A DNA stretch of 64,000 nt from Candidatus Hydrogenedentota bacterium (GCA_963674865.2 CAXXYE010000006.1:64001-128000); one strand, 5' to 3'. Positions 25,739 through 36,638 are shown, counted from the stretch's first letter. Numbers and translations: made by a program. The notes: generated by a model from the letters alone, not told the origin.

Positions 25739-26521
25739 TCACAGATTGGCCGTCCATCCGCCATCCACATAGAGCACCTGACCTGTGACGAAATCCGACG
25801 CCGATGACGCCAGAAATACTGCGGCGCCAACGAGTTCCTCAGGCCTGCCCCACCGTCCGGCCGGAGTCCTGAGCCGGACCCAGGCATCGATCTCCGGGTC
25901 ACTTCTAAGCGCCTCGGTCATGGCCGTCTCGAAATAGCCGGGCGCGATGGCGTTAACCTGGATATTGTGGGAGGCCCAATCGACGGCCATGGCCTTGGTC
26001 AACATAGCGACCCCTCCCTTCGACGCGGCGTATGCGCCCGCCGTGGGCCGGGCGGCAAAACTCAGCAGCGAGGCGATATTGATGATCTTCCCCGCCCTCC
26101 GTTCAATCATGCCCTTGGCCACGGCCTTACTCAGCCGCCATACGCCCGTCAAGTTGGTGTCAAGCACGGTTTGCCAGTCGGCTTCCCCCAGACTATCGAG
26201 AGGCTCCCGACGCTGCACTCCGGCGTTGTTGATGAGAGCATGAATCGGCCCGACTTCGGCCTCGACCCGGGCAATGCCCTGTTCAACATCATCGCCGCGG
26301 GTCACATCGAAGACGGCTCCTCTGCACGCCACGCCCTTGCCGCGCAACTCCTCCTCGCACGAGGCGACGGCCTGCGAATTGCGGCCGTTGATGACAACGG
26401 TGGCCCCCGCTTCGGCCAAGCCGACGGCCATGGCACGGCCCAGTCCCTGCGTGGCCCCCGTGATCAATGCATTCTTGCCTGACAAGTCGAACAACTTCTG
26501 CGCCATGTGCCTGCTTTCCAC
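25739..26521 (-). CDS. SDR oxidoreductase, gluconate 5-dehydrogenase/KduD-like
   Basis: TGATQGLG, NNAG, YAASK, NAIAPGYF, VDGG. Confidence 0.9.
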   Translation of the reverse strand: MESRHMAQKLFDLSGKNALITGATQGLGRAMAVGLAEAGATVVINGRNSQAVASCEEELRGKGVACRGAVFDVTRGDDVEQGIARVEAEVGPIHALINNAGVQRREPLDSLGEADWQTVLDTNLTGVWRLSKAVAKGMIERRAGKIINIASLLSFAARPTAGAYAASKGGVAMLTKAMAVDWASHNIQVNAIAPGYFETAMTEALRSDPEIDAWVRLRTPAGRWGRPEELVGAAVFLASSASDFVTGQVLYVDGGWTANL

Positions 26522-26637
26522 TAACTTCCTCAGGATTCACACCGATGTATGGCGGGCTGTGCCGGCCATCATACCCGCTTCATGGGGCCCACCACCAATG
26601 CCGCCGCACGCCGGAGACATCCTGATATAATCAGCCC

Positions 26638-27357
26638 ATGGGGCAACGCCAGAGCCATCGAGGCAGGCATCCCGAAGATGCTCGGCTATTTGCAGCGAAA
26701 TGGGTCCCAGCGCTGCGGGACGCCGTCGCGGATCTCTCATTTCTCCTCTCGCGGGGCTATTCTGAGAAAGCCGCCCTGAAAGTGGTGGGGGATCATTACC
26801 AGTTGGCTTTGCGGCAGCGCCGCGCCATTCTGGGCGGGGCGTGTTCAGACACTTCCCTCGAGCGCCGGAACGCACATCGCATCACCGCGGCGGACCTTTG
26901 CGGGCAGTCCTTGACTGTCGACGGATACAACGCCTTGATCACGGCCGAAAGCGCCCTCGCGGGCGGCGTATTGCTCAAAGGAAGAGACGGATGCATCCGG
27001 GACCTGGCCAGCATTCATGGGTCGTATCGTAAGGTCGAAGAGACGCTGCCCGCCATTGCCATGATCGGGATGTTGCTGGAGAAGCTGCACGTGGGCGAGG
27101 TGACGTGGTATTTCGACGCTCCCGTGTCGAACAGCGGCAAACTCAAGGCGCTTCTGGGCGAGGAAGCGGCACGGCACGACTGGCCTTGGGCGGTCCGGTT
27201 AGCCAACAACTTGGACAAGCTGCTGGCCGCATCGCCGAGCATAGTGGTCACGGCGGATGGCTGGATCCTTGACCGCGCCGCGCGATGGGTGAATCTGACG
27301 GCCCGCATCGCGTCCGGCATACATCCTCCGCCGGAAGTCATCGACCTTGGCGAGTAG
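26638..27357 (+). CDS. DUF434 family protein with PIN/NYN-like domain
   Basis: HRG.HPED..LF, LLSRGY, VGDHYQL, VDGYN.LIT.E, RDLA, FDAPVSNSG. Confidence 0.75.
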   Translation: MGQRQSHRGRHPEDARLFAAKWVPALRDAVADLSFLLSRGYSEKAALKVVGDHYQLALRQRRAILGGACSDTSLERRNAHRITAADLCGQSLTVDGYNALITAESALAGGVLLKGRDGCIRDLASIHGSYRKVEETLPAIAMIGMLLEKLHVGEVTWYFDAPVSNSGKLKALLGEEAARHDWPWAVRLANNLDKLLAASPSIVVTADGWILDRAARWVNLTARIASGIHPPPEVIDLGE

Positions 27358-27372
27358 CCGTAGGAGCAGAGG

Positions 27373-27711
27373 TCAACAGGTGAGGTGCATGCCGATGGCA
27401 ACATCCTCTCCACGGGACAGTGACTCGTTGAAGATGCGGACGGCCTCGCCGGTGCGTTCAGCGATGAGCCGGATGTTGCGGGCCTCGATGGATCGGCGGA
27501 AGTCTTTGGGAACACGCATGATACCGTAGGCCCCGGTTCCGATGATCAGGATGGCCGGCTTCTGGCCTAGAAGCGCCTCAATGTCCCGTTCGCAGACAGA
27601 ATGGCCTTTCTCGCGCCACCACGACGAGACCTCTCCCCGGTAGACAAGGATGTCGGAGGCGTAGTCCTTGCCGCCGCAGGTAACGCGGCCAAAGCTGTAG
27701 TGCTCAATCAT
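27373..27711 (-). CDS. Mth938-like (DUF498) protein
   Basis: IEHYSFG, IIGTG.YG, T.EAV..FN, C-terminal HLTC. Confidence 0.88.
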   Translation of the reverse strand: MIEHYSFGRVTCGGKDYASDILVYRGEVSSWWREKGHSVCERDIEALLGQKPAILIIGTGAYGIMRVPKDFRRSIEARNIRLIAERTGEAVRIFNESLSRGEDVAIGMHLTC

Positions 27712-28003
27712 CGTCCGGCCGTCACGCATCCTCAAGAATCTGAGGCAGCGCCGTGTTGTTCATCGGTAGACACCGTTTCCTCGGCCCATACGTTCGGAAA
27801 TCTTCCATATTCTAGCGCCAATCGGCTAAAATGCAAGTGTTGGGAACGTTCTTGGCGAGCCGGCTTGTGGCGAGGGTCGCAGCCCGGCTGGCCGACGCGA
27901 GGTGGCGCACTAACCTTCGTGAAGACCGGCCGGTTCGGTTGTTACCCCGGCATATCCTTGTTCTGAGCGGCGGCCTGGAGATGCGTAGTGCATTTGGACA
28001 GAT

Positions 28004-28888
28004 ATGGAAGATCATAAGATAGAGAACTTCCGAGAGAAACTGACAACGGAGCTGTACGGTGTAGAGGATCTGCCCACTCTCCCCGACATGGTCTTCATGC
28101 TGGAATCGGCGTTGCTCAATCCCTACGCCGATGCAAGGGAGATCTCCCAGATCCTCGGGGAGGATCCCAGTCTCACGGCGCGGGTCCTCAAGATGGCGAA
28201 CTCCGTCTATTACAGCAGCGCGGGGGGATCGATAACGTCGCTTCAAAACGCGATCGCCCGCGTGGGCTTCAATGAGGTGCGGAACCTGGTCACTACCGTC
28301 GCCCTCATTGAGACGTTCGGCGGCGTCGGCCCGCACCTCAACCACAATTTGTTCTGGAAACACAGCATTACGGTGGGTATCGCCGCTCGTTCGATCAAAA
28401 ACCTGAGCGAGAGTGCCAGCGCCTTTGACGAACACGAAGCCTACGTAGCAGGCCTCCTGCATGATATTGGCATCCTGCTGCTGGATCAGTTCTTCCCGGA
28501 CGTATTCCGTCAAGTCCGCGCCTACGCAGACGAGCAGGGCGTGCCGTACAATCAGGCGGAGCGGGAGCTGCTTGGCATGGACCACGGGGAGATCGGGGGC
28601 GTTCTGCTCGAGGAATGGAGCATTCCGGAGTCCGTCGTTGCTGCGGTTACGTGGCACCATCGGCCTGAAGATGCCGATCCGGCATACTCGCAGCTCGCGG
28701 AAACGGTGGAACTTGCGGATTTCGTGGGCATCAACCTCGGCATCGGCGAGGGTGGTGAGTTGAGGCCAAAACCGATCTCTGATGGAGTCTGGGATCACTT
28801 GGGCCTCGCGGTCGACGCAATTCCCACCATCATCGACCAGGTCTCGCGAGATGCCGTGATCTCTCAGACTCTGCTTTCCCTGGACTAG
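28004..28888 (+). CDS. HDOD domain protein
   Basis: LPTLP, DPSLTARVLKMANS, FWKHS, AGLLHDIG, DHGEIG...W, HH.P. Confidence 0.92.
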   Translation: MEDHKIENFREKLTTELYGVEDLPTLPDMVFMLESALLNPYADAREISQILGEDPSLTARVLKMANSVYYSSAGGSITSLQNAIARVGFNEVRNLVTTVALIETFGGVGPHLNHNLFWKHSITVGIAARSIKNLSESASAFDEHEAYVAGLLHDIGILLLDQFFPDVFRQVRAYADEQGVPYNQAERELLGMDHGEIGGVLLEEWSIPESVVAAVTWHHRPEDADPAYSQLAETVELADFVGINLGIGEGGELRPKPISDGVWDHLGLAVDAIPTIIDQVSRDAVISQTLLSLD

Positions 28889-29004
28889 CCCGCCTTTTTG
28901 CATGTCCGCTGCGAAGACGGCTAAACGAAAGCACGACAAGGCTTTGCGCGCTCCGTGATGCCTATACCGCGCCGTCAAGCGCGCCCCGAGGACGGGAGGG
29001 AAGC

Positions 29005-30228
29005 GTGAGCGGATTATCAGCGGCTGTCTGGGCCGGGATCCTCCTGGCGGGAAATCCGGCCCCTCTAGTCCCTCCCAACACGGATGGAATAGGAGAGGTC
29101 CGCAGCGTCACGTATTACACGTTTGGCACAGAACTCTCGGACCTGGACCTGGAACACCTACGCGAGGATGTTGAGCGAGCGAAAGCGGCGGGATTCAATG
29201 GGATGTGGCTCGTGGTGCCATGGCGCACGCTCAGTCCCGTCGCGCTGCCGGATGCCGAGCTTAACCAAGCGGCGTGGGAGAAGTTGGACGCCGCTATCAG
29301 GCTCCTCACGGAGGAGAGGTTCCTCATCGTGTTTCCTCTGGGTTACCTGGGAAAGGGCTGGGCTCCCGATGGCATCCCGGACACGCGCGTCGATACCTGG
29401 ATTCTTGATGAGGCGATTTGGCAGGCGTTTCGGGCGCACGTGATACGTCTGACCCGCCGCTACGCCGACCTTCACAACATGCTGTGGCTGTTCTACAGCG
29501 AGAGCTTTCAAGGCCCCCTCAGTCTCTACGAGAACCAGGAGCAGGCCAAAGCGCACTTTCGAGCGTTCTGCCGAGGGCTAAATGCGGATATCGCCCATTG
29601 GAACGCCCGCTGGGGAAGTGACTATACATCTTTCTACGAGGTCGGCATGGATGACGGCCGGTTTCGGCAGGGAAACGCCCGCTGGGAGGATCATTTCAGG
29701 TGGATCTGCGCCGTGATGAGGAAACGCTATGGCCCTCTTGCGCGTGAACTCAAGGATCTCGTCCGGATCCATGGGCGGGTGGGCTTCCACGATAACGCGC
29801 TGATCGAGAAGGATTGGGCGAAGGGCGATTCCCCGATTCCGGAAGAGAGCCCGTACGATTTCCTGAGCTTCACGGCATACCTCGGACAGGAGCCGGTTCA
29901 GGTGGGCCTAAAGAATGCCGAGGAAGCGCTGGGCCGCTTCAGAGAGAAGTATCCGGAGGTTCCACTGATGATCGGCGAGGTGGGTGTCCCCACACTTGTG
30001 CGTGGGGAGGACGCTCAGGCGGCGTATCTTCGAAAGGTGGCGGAGTTCGCCGAAACAAGTGGCTTGGGCATCAATATATGGATGTGGAGGGACTTCGCGG
30101 GTGGGCCGGAGGATCAACGCTCATTCGGGCTGGTACGACTTGACGGAACGCATAAGCCAGCCCTGGGCGCCCTAGAAGACCTCTGGCGCAAACGACTCTC
30201 AGGCTCGCCCAAAACCACGTCAGAATAA
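29005..30228 (+). CDS. Secreted glycoside hydrolase, clan GH-A TIM barrel (GH5/GH42-like)
   Basis: AKAAGFN..WL.VPW, WN.RWG..Y.SF, PLMIGEVG, W.WRD, FGLVR.DG..KPA. Confidence 0.7.
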   Translation: MSGLSAAVWAGILLAGNPAPLVPPNTDGIGEVRSVTYYTFGTELSDLDLEHLREDVERAKAAGFNGMWLVVPWRTLSPVALPDAELNQAAWEKLDAAIRLLTEERFLIVFPLGYLGKGWAPDGIPDTRVDTWILDEAIWQAFRAHVIRLTRRYADLHNMLWLFYSESFQGPLSLYENQEQAKAHFRAFCRGLNADIAHWNARWGSDYTSFYEVGMDDGRFRQGNARWEDHFRWICAVMRKRYGPLARELKDLVRIHGRVGFHDNALIEKDWAKGDSPIPEESPYDFLSFTAYLGQEPVQVGLKNAEEALGRFREKYPEVPLMIGEVGVPTLVRGEDAQAAYLRKVAEFAETSGLGINIWMWRDFAGGPEDQRSFGLVRLDGTHKPALGALEDLWRKRLSGSPKTTSE

Positions 30229-31203
30229 CAGCAGCGCCAGTCCTCCGAGCGCCATCTTTCCGAGCGCTGTGAAAAGAATCCCGAAGAGCCAACTGAACAG
30301 GAAAAACAGCACGAAATCACTGAAGCTCAAGGAATAGACCTCGTACAGGAGATAGATGACAAGCACGAGGGCGAGCAATCCGCCCATTGGCAAGATGAGG
30401 CCGACTGCTAAGGGGATGAACATCTGCATTATGCGCATGATAAGGGCGACAATGCCGACGTGGAGCACGTTTCTCCATAGCGTGTCGCAGGGCAGGCGCC
30501 CTGAGATGGCAAGAGTGAGGTACAGGGCGGCAAAACATGCGGCGTATAGGAAGAACACCTGCATCACCTGTATCACGCGGCCCACAGTAGCCTCTTGAGC
30601 GGAGGTCATGGTTGCCGCCGGCCCCAGCAGGCCCAGGCCGACGCGCGCTTGCTCGGGCGGCGCCCGCTCCGGGAGGGGCTGGCGCGATTCGGTGATGGTC
30701 AGGATGACCACCAGCACAATCGTGGCCCACGCACTAGTCAAGAGTCCGACCTTGAAGTAGCGCGTCTCCTTGAATCTATCGAACCAGCCCGCGTCGGCGT
30801 CGTTCGCCTCCATTTCTTCCTGGAAGCGAGGCGGCCTTTCGGCGATCAATGCCGTACTGGCCGCCGTCATCTCGGGAGGCGGGATTGCCGGACTGGCGCT
30901 GTACTCAGCGGCAGCGATGTTGGCGCAGATATGACATACGTAGCCTTCGTCCGTTGTATATCTGTCCCAATCACCGCGCAGGAGCCTGCCGCACCTGGCG
31001 CAGCGCGGTTCGCCTCCGCCCAACACGTCGTTTTGAGGGGGCCGGACAGCGGCTCGGTTCTTCGGCGTTCCGGCCTTGACCGTGTTCGCCTCTGTCACGG
31101 CAAGGGCACGGCCGCATCCGGAGCATCGGATCATCATGCCGACGATATTCTCCGAAACACTGGCCTTGTGGCCGCAATCACATGTGCAAATCAGGTCTGC
31201 CAT
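30220..31203 (-). CDS. Membrane protein with N-terminal Zn-ribbon motifs
   Basis: CTCDCG..CSGCG, CARC..CHIC, followed by about 5 hydrophobic helices. Confidence 0.7.
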   Translation of the reverse strand: MADLICTCDCGHKASVSENIVGMMIRCSGCGRALAVTEANTVKAGTPKNRAAVRPPQNDVLGGGEPRCARCGRLLRGDWDRYTTDEGYVCHICANIAAAEYSASPAIPPPEMTAASTALIAERPPRFQEEMEANDADAGWFDRFKETRYFKVGLLTSAWATIVLVVILTITESRQPLPERAPPEQARVGLGLLGPAATMTSAQEATVGRVIQVMQVFFLYAACFAALYLTLAISGRLPCDTLWRNVLHVGIVALIMRIMQMFIPLAVGLILPMGGLLALVLVIYLLYEVYSLSFSDFVLFFLFSWLFGILFTALGKMALGGLALLLF

Positions 31204-31345
31204 GGTTCAGAATAGATACACCTTGTCGGTGCGCAGTATTCGTCACTTACCCATTGTATGATGCGGATACGGCACATAGCGATCATCGCAATCGCAAGAG
31301 TCCGGCCCCAGAGCACTTCGTCGCAAGGCCGAGACAGGAGAGAAC

Positions 31346-32569
31346 GTGAAGGCCCAACATGATCCCCAGGGAGACGGTTTCGAGATCTGTCAACCCATTC
31401 CTGATGATATACCAAGAATAGCCGACATCCACCAGGTGACCCGAGGTCCGAGACATCACTTCTGCAACTACTACGGGATATCCCCCTGGGACGCCAGCGG
31501 GCAACGCCTTCTCTGCCTTGAGACCGACCTTACAGGACGGGAGGTCGAGGCGGACGACCGGGCGCAGATATGCCTTATCGACCTCGAAACTGGCACATGC
31601 CATCAGGTGGCCCACACCGCAACCTGGAATCTCCAGCAGGGCGCCCTCGCCCAGTGGCGCGGCCCCGACCGCGCCCGTGAGATCGTCTTCAACGACTGCT
31701 TGGAAGGCCGCCTCGAGGCGGTCGTGCTTGATGTCGACACCGGCCGGCGCACCATGCTCCCCCGGCCCCTCGCAGGCATCGCTCATAGCGGGAAGATCGG
31801 CGCGAGCATCAGCTACGCGCGACTCCGCTGGACACGCCCCGGCTATGGCTACGCCCACGGGGAGGATCCGTCCGCCAAGGAGCTTCACCCTGAAAACGAC
31901 GGACTGCACATCATCGATCTGGAAACCGGCCGCCATGAGCTTATCGTTCCCATAGGGGAGATCTTTGAGGCCTATCCCCTGCCGCAGGGCCTCGAGAAGA
32001 AACCTATGTGGTTCAATCATGTCGTGTTCAGCCACGATGATTCGCGGGTGTTCTTCCTGGCGCGGGTGATGGATGATACCGACCGAATCGTGTCGTCTGC
32101 GTTCACCGTCAATCCGGATGGAACCGATTTGCGGCAAGTGATTCCCTATGCATGGCTCGTATCGCACTTTGACTGGCTGGATGGCCGGCGACTCCTCGTG
32201 ACGACTAAGTTCGAGGGGCGGGAACCTTGGCGACACGTGCTATTCACAGATGGCCAAGATGACTACACCGTCTTGTGCCCAAGCCTTCTGGACCACGACG
32301 GCCACGGATGCTTCTCGCCGGACAGGCGATGGCTCGTCACCGATGCCTATCCCGACGCGGATCGCATGCACTCGCTGCTCCTGGTGAACCTGGCTACGGG
32401 ACAAGGAGCCAAGGTGGCCCAGCTCTTCTCCCCTCCGGATTACACCGGGCCGTGGCGGTGCGACCTGCACCCTCGATGGAACGCCACGTCCAACAAGCTG
32501 TGCATTGATTCGGCCTGCGACGGCACCCGGCAAGTCTATATAGCCGACCTACACATCCCTGGAGAATAG
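31346..32569 (+). CDS. TolB/oligogalacturonate-lyase-like beta-propeller protein
   Basis: YYGISPW, WNLQQG, WFNH..FS, DGH..FSPD, RCDLHPRW, DGTRQVY. Confidence 0.8.
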   Translation: MKAQHDPQGDGFEICQPIPDDIPRIADIHQVTRGPRHHFCNYYGISPWDASGQRLLCLETDLTGREVEADDRAQICLIDLETGTCHQVAHTATWNLQQGALAQWRGPDRAREIVFNDCLEGRLEAVVLDVDTGRRTMLPRPLAGIAHSGKIGASISYARLRWTRPGYGYAHGEDPSAKELHPENDGLHIIDLETGRHELIVPIGEIFEAYPLPQGLEKKPMWFNHVVFSHDDSRVFFLARVMDDTDRIVSSAFTVNPDGTDLRQVIPYAWLVSHFDWLDGRRLLVTTKFEGREPWRHVLFTDGQDDYTVLCPSLLDHDGHGCFSPDRRWLVTDAYPDADRMHSLLLVNLATGQGAKVAQLFSPPDYTGPWRCDLHPRWNATSNKLCIDSACDGTRQVYIADLHIPGE

Positions 32570-32781
32570 CCGGCGTCTGGAAGAGAGGTGTCGAGCCCAC
32601 TTCGTCGCAAGCCATGCCAGGAGCGCCGAGTTTCTCGAGTGGACGGCCTCCATCCTTGACTGCCCTAGTACCCCAAAGTATAGTGAGCGGGCCGTCCGGT
32701 TCCATGAGACGGCGCGACCCTCCCGACAAGGCGCGGGCCGCACTCAAAACAACAGCGGGATGCTCGTAATGGAGGCCCCAG

Positions 32782-33882
32782 ATGAAATTGGTTTGGGCGA
32801 TTCTTCCCCTTGCGCTTATGGCAGTTTTTGGCTGCCAGAGCACGGGCACGAACGTGCTGAGTGTGCCGGTAGCCAGAGATTCCGGCACCTTCCCTCCAGG
32901 GGATATCGATAAGGCGGCGGCTTTGGTCGGCGAGGCCGGGCGCGCCGGAGCCGCATACTATGCCCCTTACGAATATTACTCCGCCCTCCGGTACCTGGCC
33001 ATTGCCGGGCAGAAGAAGCGCGCGGCGAGCCGCTCGGCGTTCAGGGACTACGCGCAACTAGCCGCCACCATGGCGGAGGCCGCCTTGGCGAAAGCGCCCG
33101 CGCCGGAGGACAACGAGCCCATGCCGCGGCCGAGAAGCCGCGATGAATGCATGGCGCTCTTCCAGAAGCTGCTGACAAGATACCAGCACTTGGACGACCA
33201 GAAAGCGAAGGAGGTTGCGCCGGTTATCTACGCGAATCTTACAGCCGACCTAAGCCTTGCGGAGAGCGAACTCATTGCCGAAAGCGCCTGGCGCGCCGCC
33301 GCGGATGCCCTCGTCCGCGTCGCACCGGCCATCGACACCATCCGCGCCCAGGACACCGACGACGACGGCATCCCGGATATGAGCGACGCGGCGCCCCTTC
33401 TGGCCGAGGATTTTGACGGCTTCGAGGATGATGACGGCGCCCCCGATCCGGACAACGACGCGGACGGCGTCCCGGATACCGTCGATACGGCGCCTATGGC
33501 CAAGGAAACCATCAATAGCTGGCGCGACGACGACGGCGCGCCGGATGCGTATCCCGCGCTTGACGTGCTGCACTTCGAATCGGGGAGCACCCGGATTTCA
33601 TCCGATGCCAAAGGCTACCTGCGGGGCGTTGGCATCATCCTTCGCGAGTCTCCGCGGCTCCATTTGCGCATCGCGGGCCACACGGATGACGCGCACTCCG
33701 ACACGTACAATCTCGACCTATCGAAGCGCCGCGCGGAGAAGGTGCAGGAGTACCTCAAGGAACAGGGCGTGCCGTCAGCCCAGTTGGTCGTCACGTACCA
33801 TGGAGCCGAGGACCCCGTCGCTGATAACAGCACCGCTCAAGGCCGTCTGCTGAACCGCCGTGTGTCTCTGCGGTTTGAGTAG
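32782..33882 (+). CDS. OmpA-family peptidoglycan-binding lipoprotein with TSP3-like Ca-binding repeats
   Basis: Lipobox VFGC; D.DDDGIPD..D repeats; GHTD..N..LS..RA..V, NRRV. Confidence 0.88.
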   Translation: MKLVWAILPLALMAVFGCQSTGTNVLSVPVARDSGTFPPGDIDKAAALVGEAGRAGAAYYAPYEYYSALRYLAIAGQKKRAASRSAFRDYAQLAATMAEAALAKAPAPEDNEPMPRPRSRDECMALFQKLLTRYQHLDDQKAKEVAPVIYANLTADLSLAESELIAESAWRAAADALVRVAPAIDTIRAQDTDDDGIPDMSDAAPLLAEDFDGFEDDDGAPDPDNDADGVPDTVDTAPMAKETINSWRDDDGAPDAYPALDVLHFESGSTRISSDAKGYLRGVGIILRESPRLHLRIAGHTDDAHSDTYNLDLSKRRAEKVQEYLKEQGVPSAQLVVTYHGAEDPVADNSTAQGRLLNRRVSLRFE

Positions 33883-33954
33883 AGGCCCGGTAGGCGACTT
33901 GCTGGCCGTGCCACGCGCTTCATTACGCACGGACCTTCCCGGCCCCACCCAGCA

Positions 33955-34716
33955 TCACTGTTCCGCCACCACGCCTTCGGTGATGTAGTTGGAGATTCCC
34001 AGGGCCTCCAGCAAGTCTCCCCCTCGATCCGGGCGCGGGCGCCATTGGCCTCCCCATCCGGGCGAATCCTCGACAAAGGGATGCAGATTCGCGTAGTGCT
34101 CCTCGAGCGCGGGCGCATAACTCGCGTGAGCAAGTTGGCGGAACGTGCCCGATAAGTCTCTCCCCTCGGCCGGTTCACCTGAAGGAAGTGTCACGAACAC
34201 CGCGAAGGTCGGATCGAAGAACGCCCAGCGTTCGTGAATGTACGCCTCCGCCGCGGTATGCGACGCCCTTCCATTTGCATGGAAGAGGAAACATAGCCGT
34301 GCGGGAATGCTCATGATTTCGCAGAGGGCGATGAAGACACGGGCTTGTTCGTTGCACCACCCCACACGCGACGCGATGATCTGCTCTTCCGTCATGGCGC
34401 GGTCGGGAAGGAGCGGACCCGCCTGATGGGGATGGGCGACATTTCGGTAAACCCAATCCATGGCCGCCTGCGCCAGATCGAAAGGGCCACCAGGCGCGAA
34501 CTCTGATACCACGGACTCCAATACGGGTCGCGAGCCTCGGCGGTAGCGGATACGCGTCGGCGAGTAGCCGCCTTCGTACAGCTCTGTCTCCGTCTCCGGG
34601 CACACGCGCACGGCCCCCTGCGACTGTTCGCGGTCGATTCCCTTAACGGCGATATCCGCCAGCATCGCGTCAAAGTCACCTGGAAATCCCTTGGCAGTGT
34701 ATGGCCGCAGATCCAT
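33955..34716 (-). CDS. Transglutaminase-like protein
   Basis: GWCNEQAR, SHTAAEAY, WAFFDPT (Cys-His-Asp triad); ATG 34716 after AAGGAG. Confidence 0.8.
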   Translation of the reverse strand: MDLRPYTAKGFPGDFDAMLADIAVKGIDREQSQGAVRVCPETETELYEGGYSPTRIRYRRGSRPVLESVVSEFAPGGPFDLAQAAMDWVYRNVAHPHQAGPLLPDRAMTEEQIIASRVGWCNEQARVFIALCEIMSIPARLCFLFHANGRASHTAAEAYIHERWAFFDPTFAVFVTLPSGEPAEGRDLSGTFRQLAHASYAPALEEHYANLHPFVEDSPGWGGQWRPRPDRGGDLLEALGISNYITEGVVAEQ

Positions 34717-34975
34717 TGCGGAGTGCTCCTTTCCGTGCAAGAACGAGCCAAGTTGAGCAAGAGACACGTAGTCTTTACGCAAGTTCGCCGAGTATAGCTT
34801 GAGGCACGGAGTCCAGCAAGACAGGCGGCGTAGGGGGAACCGGATTTCGGGAATGTGTAAAATGGGTCAGGGCTTTTGTCCCCGGTTTCAACAGAAGCGT
34901 TCAGCAGTCGACGCGAGAGTGCGCGGGCTGTTGGGGAACCAGGGGCTAGAACCAGGGAGGTGCTGCTCGCAACTC

Positions 34976-36586
34976 ATGTCTGAGATGAAGCGTCCGAACA
35001 TTCTGTGGGTGTCGTTCGAGGATACGAATCCATTCTACGGATGTTACGGCGACACTGTTGCCAGGACGCCGAACTTGGATCGGCTGGCGGCGGAAGGCTG
35101 CCGCTGGGCCAACGCCTTCTCGACGGCCGGCGTGTGTGCGCCCGCCCGTTCGGCCGTGATCACGGGCATGTATCCAATTTCCATCGGCACGCACCACATG
35201 CGCACCGCGCACACCAACTCGTTTGCACCGGAACTGCCCACGCCTTATTCCGCCGTGCCTCCGCATTATGTCAAGTGCTTCACGGAGTATCTGCGGGCCG
35301 CCGGTTACTACTGCTCAAACAATGTCAAGACGGATTATCAGTTCGAGCCGCCGTTTACCGCGTGGGATGATCTAAGCAAGCAAGCGCACTGGCGAGGGCG
35401 GCCCCGGCCCGATCAGCCGTTTTTCGCCGTCTTCAATCTTGGCCGTACGCATGAGAGTGGGATGTGGCCGGAGAAATGTCCCGAGATCGCCTTCGATCCC
35501 GATGCTGTCGAATTGCCGCCCTACTTCCCGGACACGCCGAAGGTGCGCGAGGCTATGGTACGCATGTACACCAATATCGAGCACAACGATCACGTCCTCG
35601 GCACGCTTCTGCAGGAACTCGAAGAGGACGGGCTCGCGGATGACACCATTGTCTTCCACTGGAGCGATCACGGGCCGCTCCCACGCGGGAAGCGGTGGCC
35701 CTACGATTCGGGCATCCGTGTGCCGATGATCGCCCGGTGGCCGGGAGGGCTAAAACCAGGCAGCGTGAGTGAGGAACTTGTCAGCACGGTTGACCTCGGC
35801 CCCACCGTACTCTCCCTGGTGGGACTGGACATCCCGCGGCACATGCAGGGCCGGGCCTTCCTAGGCACTCAGGCGGCCACCCCGCGCCGGTACGTGTATG
35901 CGTCCCGCGATCGCTATGATGAATCGTACGACATGGTGCGCGCGGTTAGGGACTCGCGCTTCAAGTACATCCGCCATTACCATCCCGAATTGCCCTACCT
36001 CCTTTGGATTCCGTACCGGAATCGCCATCCCATCGCGCAGGAGATGTGGCGGCTCCACGCAGAGAATAAGCTCGAAGGCGCACAGCGGCTGATGTTTCAG
36101 GCAAGGCCCGTCGAGGAGCTCTATGACACGCGGGCCGATCCCCGTGAGGTCAACAACCTTGCAAGCGACCCGGCTTACAGTGCCAAACTCGAACGCCTGC
36201 GCGAGGCGCTCGACGCGTGGCGACGCGAGGTAGGCGACCTGGGTGACATCCCGGAGTCCGAGATGGTGCGGCAGTGGTATCCGGGCGGGGAGCAGCCGGA
36301 GACGGCGACCCCGCTCATTATCCCGATCACCACCGATAAGCCGGGACTCGAACCGACGCAGGACGGCGGCCGTTTCCACGAGCCGCTGCTGGTGCAGCTT
36401 TACTGCGCGACGCAGGGCGCGTCCATTGCGTACACGTTTGACGAGGGCGATGACGCGCACTGGCGGCTCTACACCGAGCCCCTTCGCTTGCCCGTGGGGG
36501 AACAGACGCTCCGGGCCAAGAGCGTCAGGATTGGCTACAAACCGAGCACCGAGCGGCGGGCGGTGTTCACGATCGAAGCCGGATAG
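34976..36586 (+). CDS. Cys-type sulfatase with C-terminal Fn3-associated domain
   Basis: RPNILW, TPNLD, CAPARSAVITG, SDHG, EELYD..DP.E..NLA, IAYT.D. Confidence 0.92.
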   Translation: MSEMKRPNILWVSFEDTNPFYGCYGDTVARTPNLDRLAAEGCRWANAFSTAGVCAPARSAVITGMYPISIGTHHMRTAHTNSFAPELPTPYSAVPPHYVKCFTEYLRAAGYYCSNNVKTDYQFEPPFTAWDDLSKQAHWRGRPRPDQPFFAVFNLGRTHESGMWPEKCPEIAFDPDAVELPPYFPDTPKVREAMVRMYTNIEHNDHVLGTLLQELEEDGLADDTIVFHWSDHGPLPRGKRWPYDSGIRVPMIARWPGGLKPGSVSEELVSTVDLGPTVLSLVGLDIPRHMQGRAFLGTQAATPRRYVYASRDRYDESYDMVRAVRDSRFKYIRHYHPELPYLLWIPYRNRHPIAQEMWRLHAENKLEGAQRLMFQARPVEELYDTRADPREVNNLASDPAYSAKLERLREALDAWRREVGDLGDIPESEMVRQWYPGGEQPETATPLIIPITTDKPGLEPTQDGGRFHEPLLVQLYCATQGASIAYTFDEGDDAHWRLYTEPLRLPVGEQTLRAKSVRIGYKPSTERRAVFTIEAG

Positions 36587-36638
36587 GACGGATTACCGGG
36601 GCGCCGCACACCGTGGCGTCGCGTTTTGGAGGTAGACA

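Noticed and set aside
33350..33550. GAC/GAT-rich quasi-repeats
   Set aside because: They encode TSP3-like Asp-rich repeats of the OmpA protein and are not a DNA repeat element.
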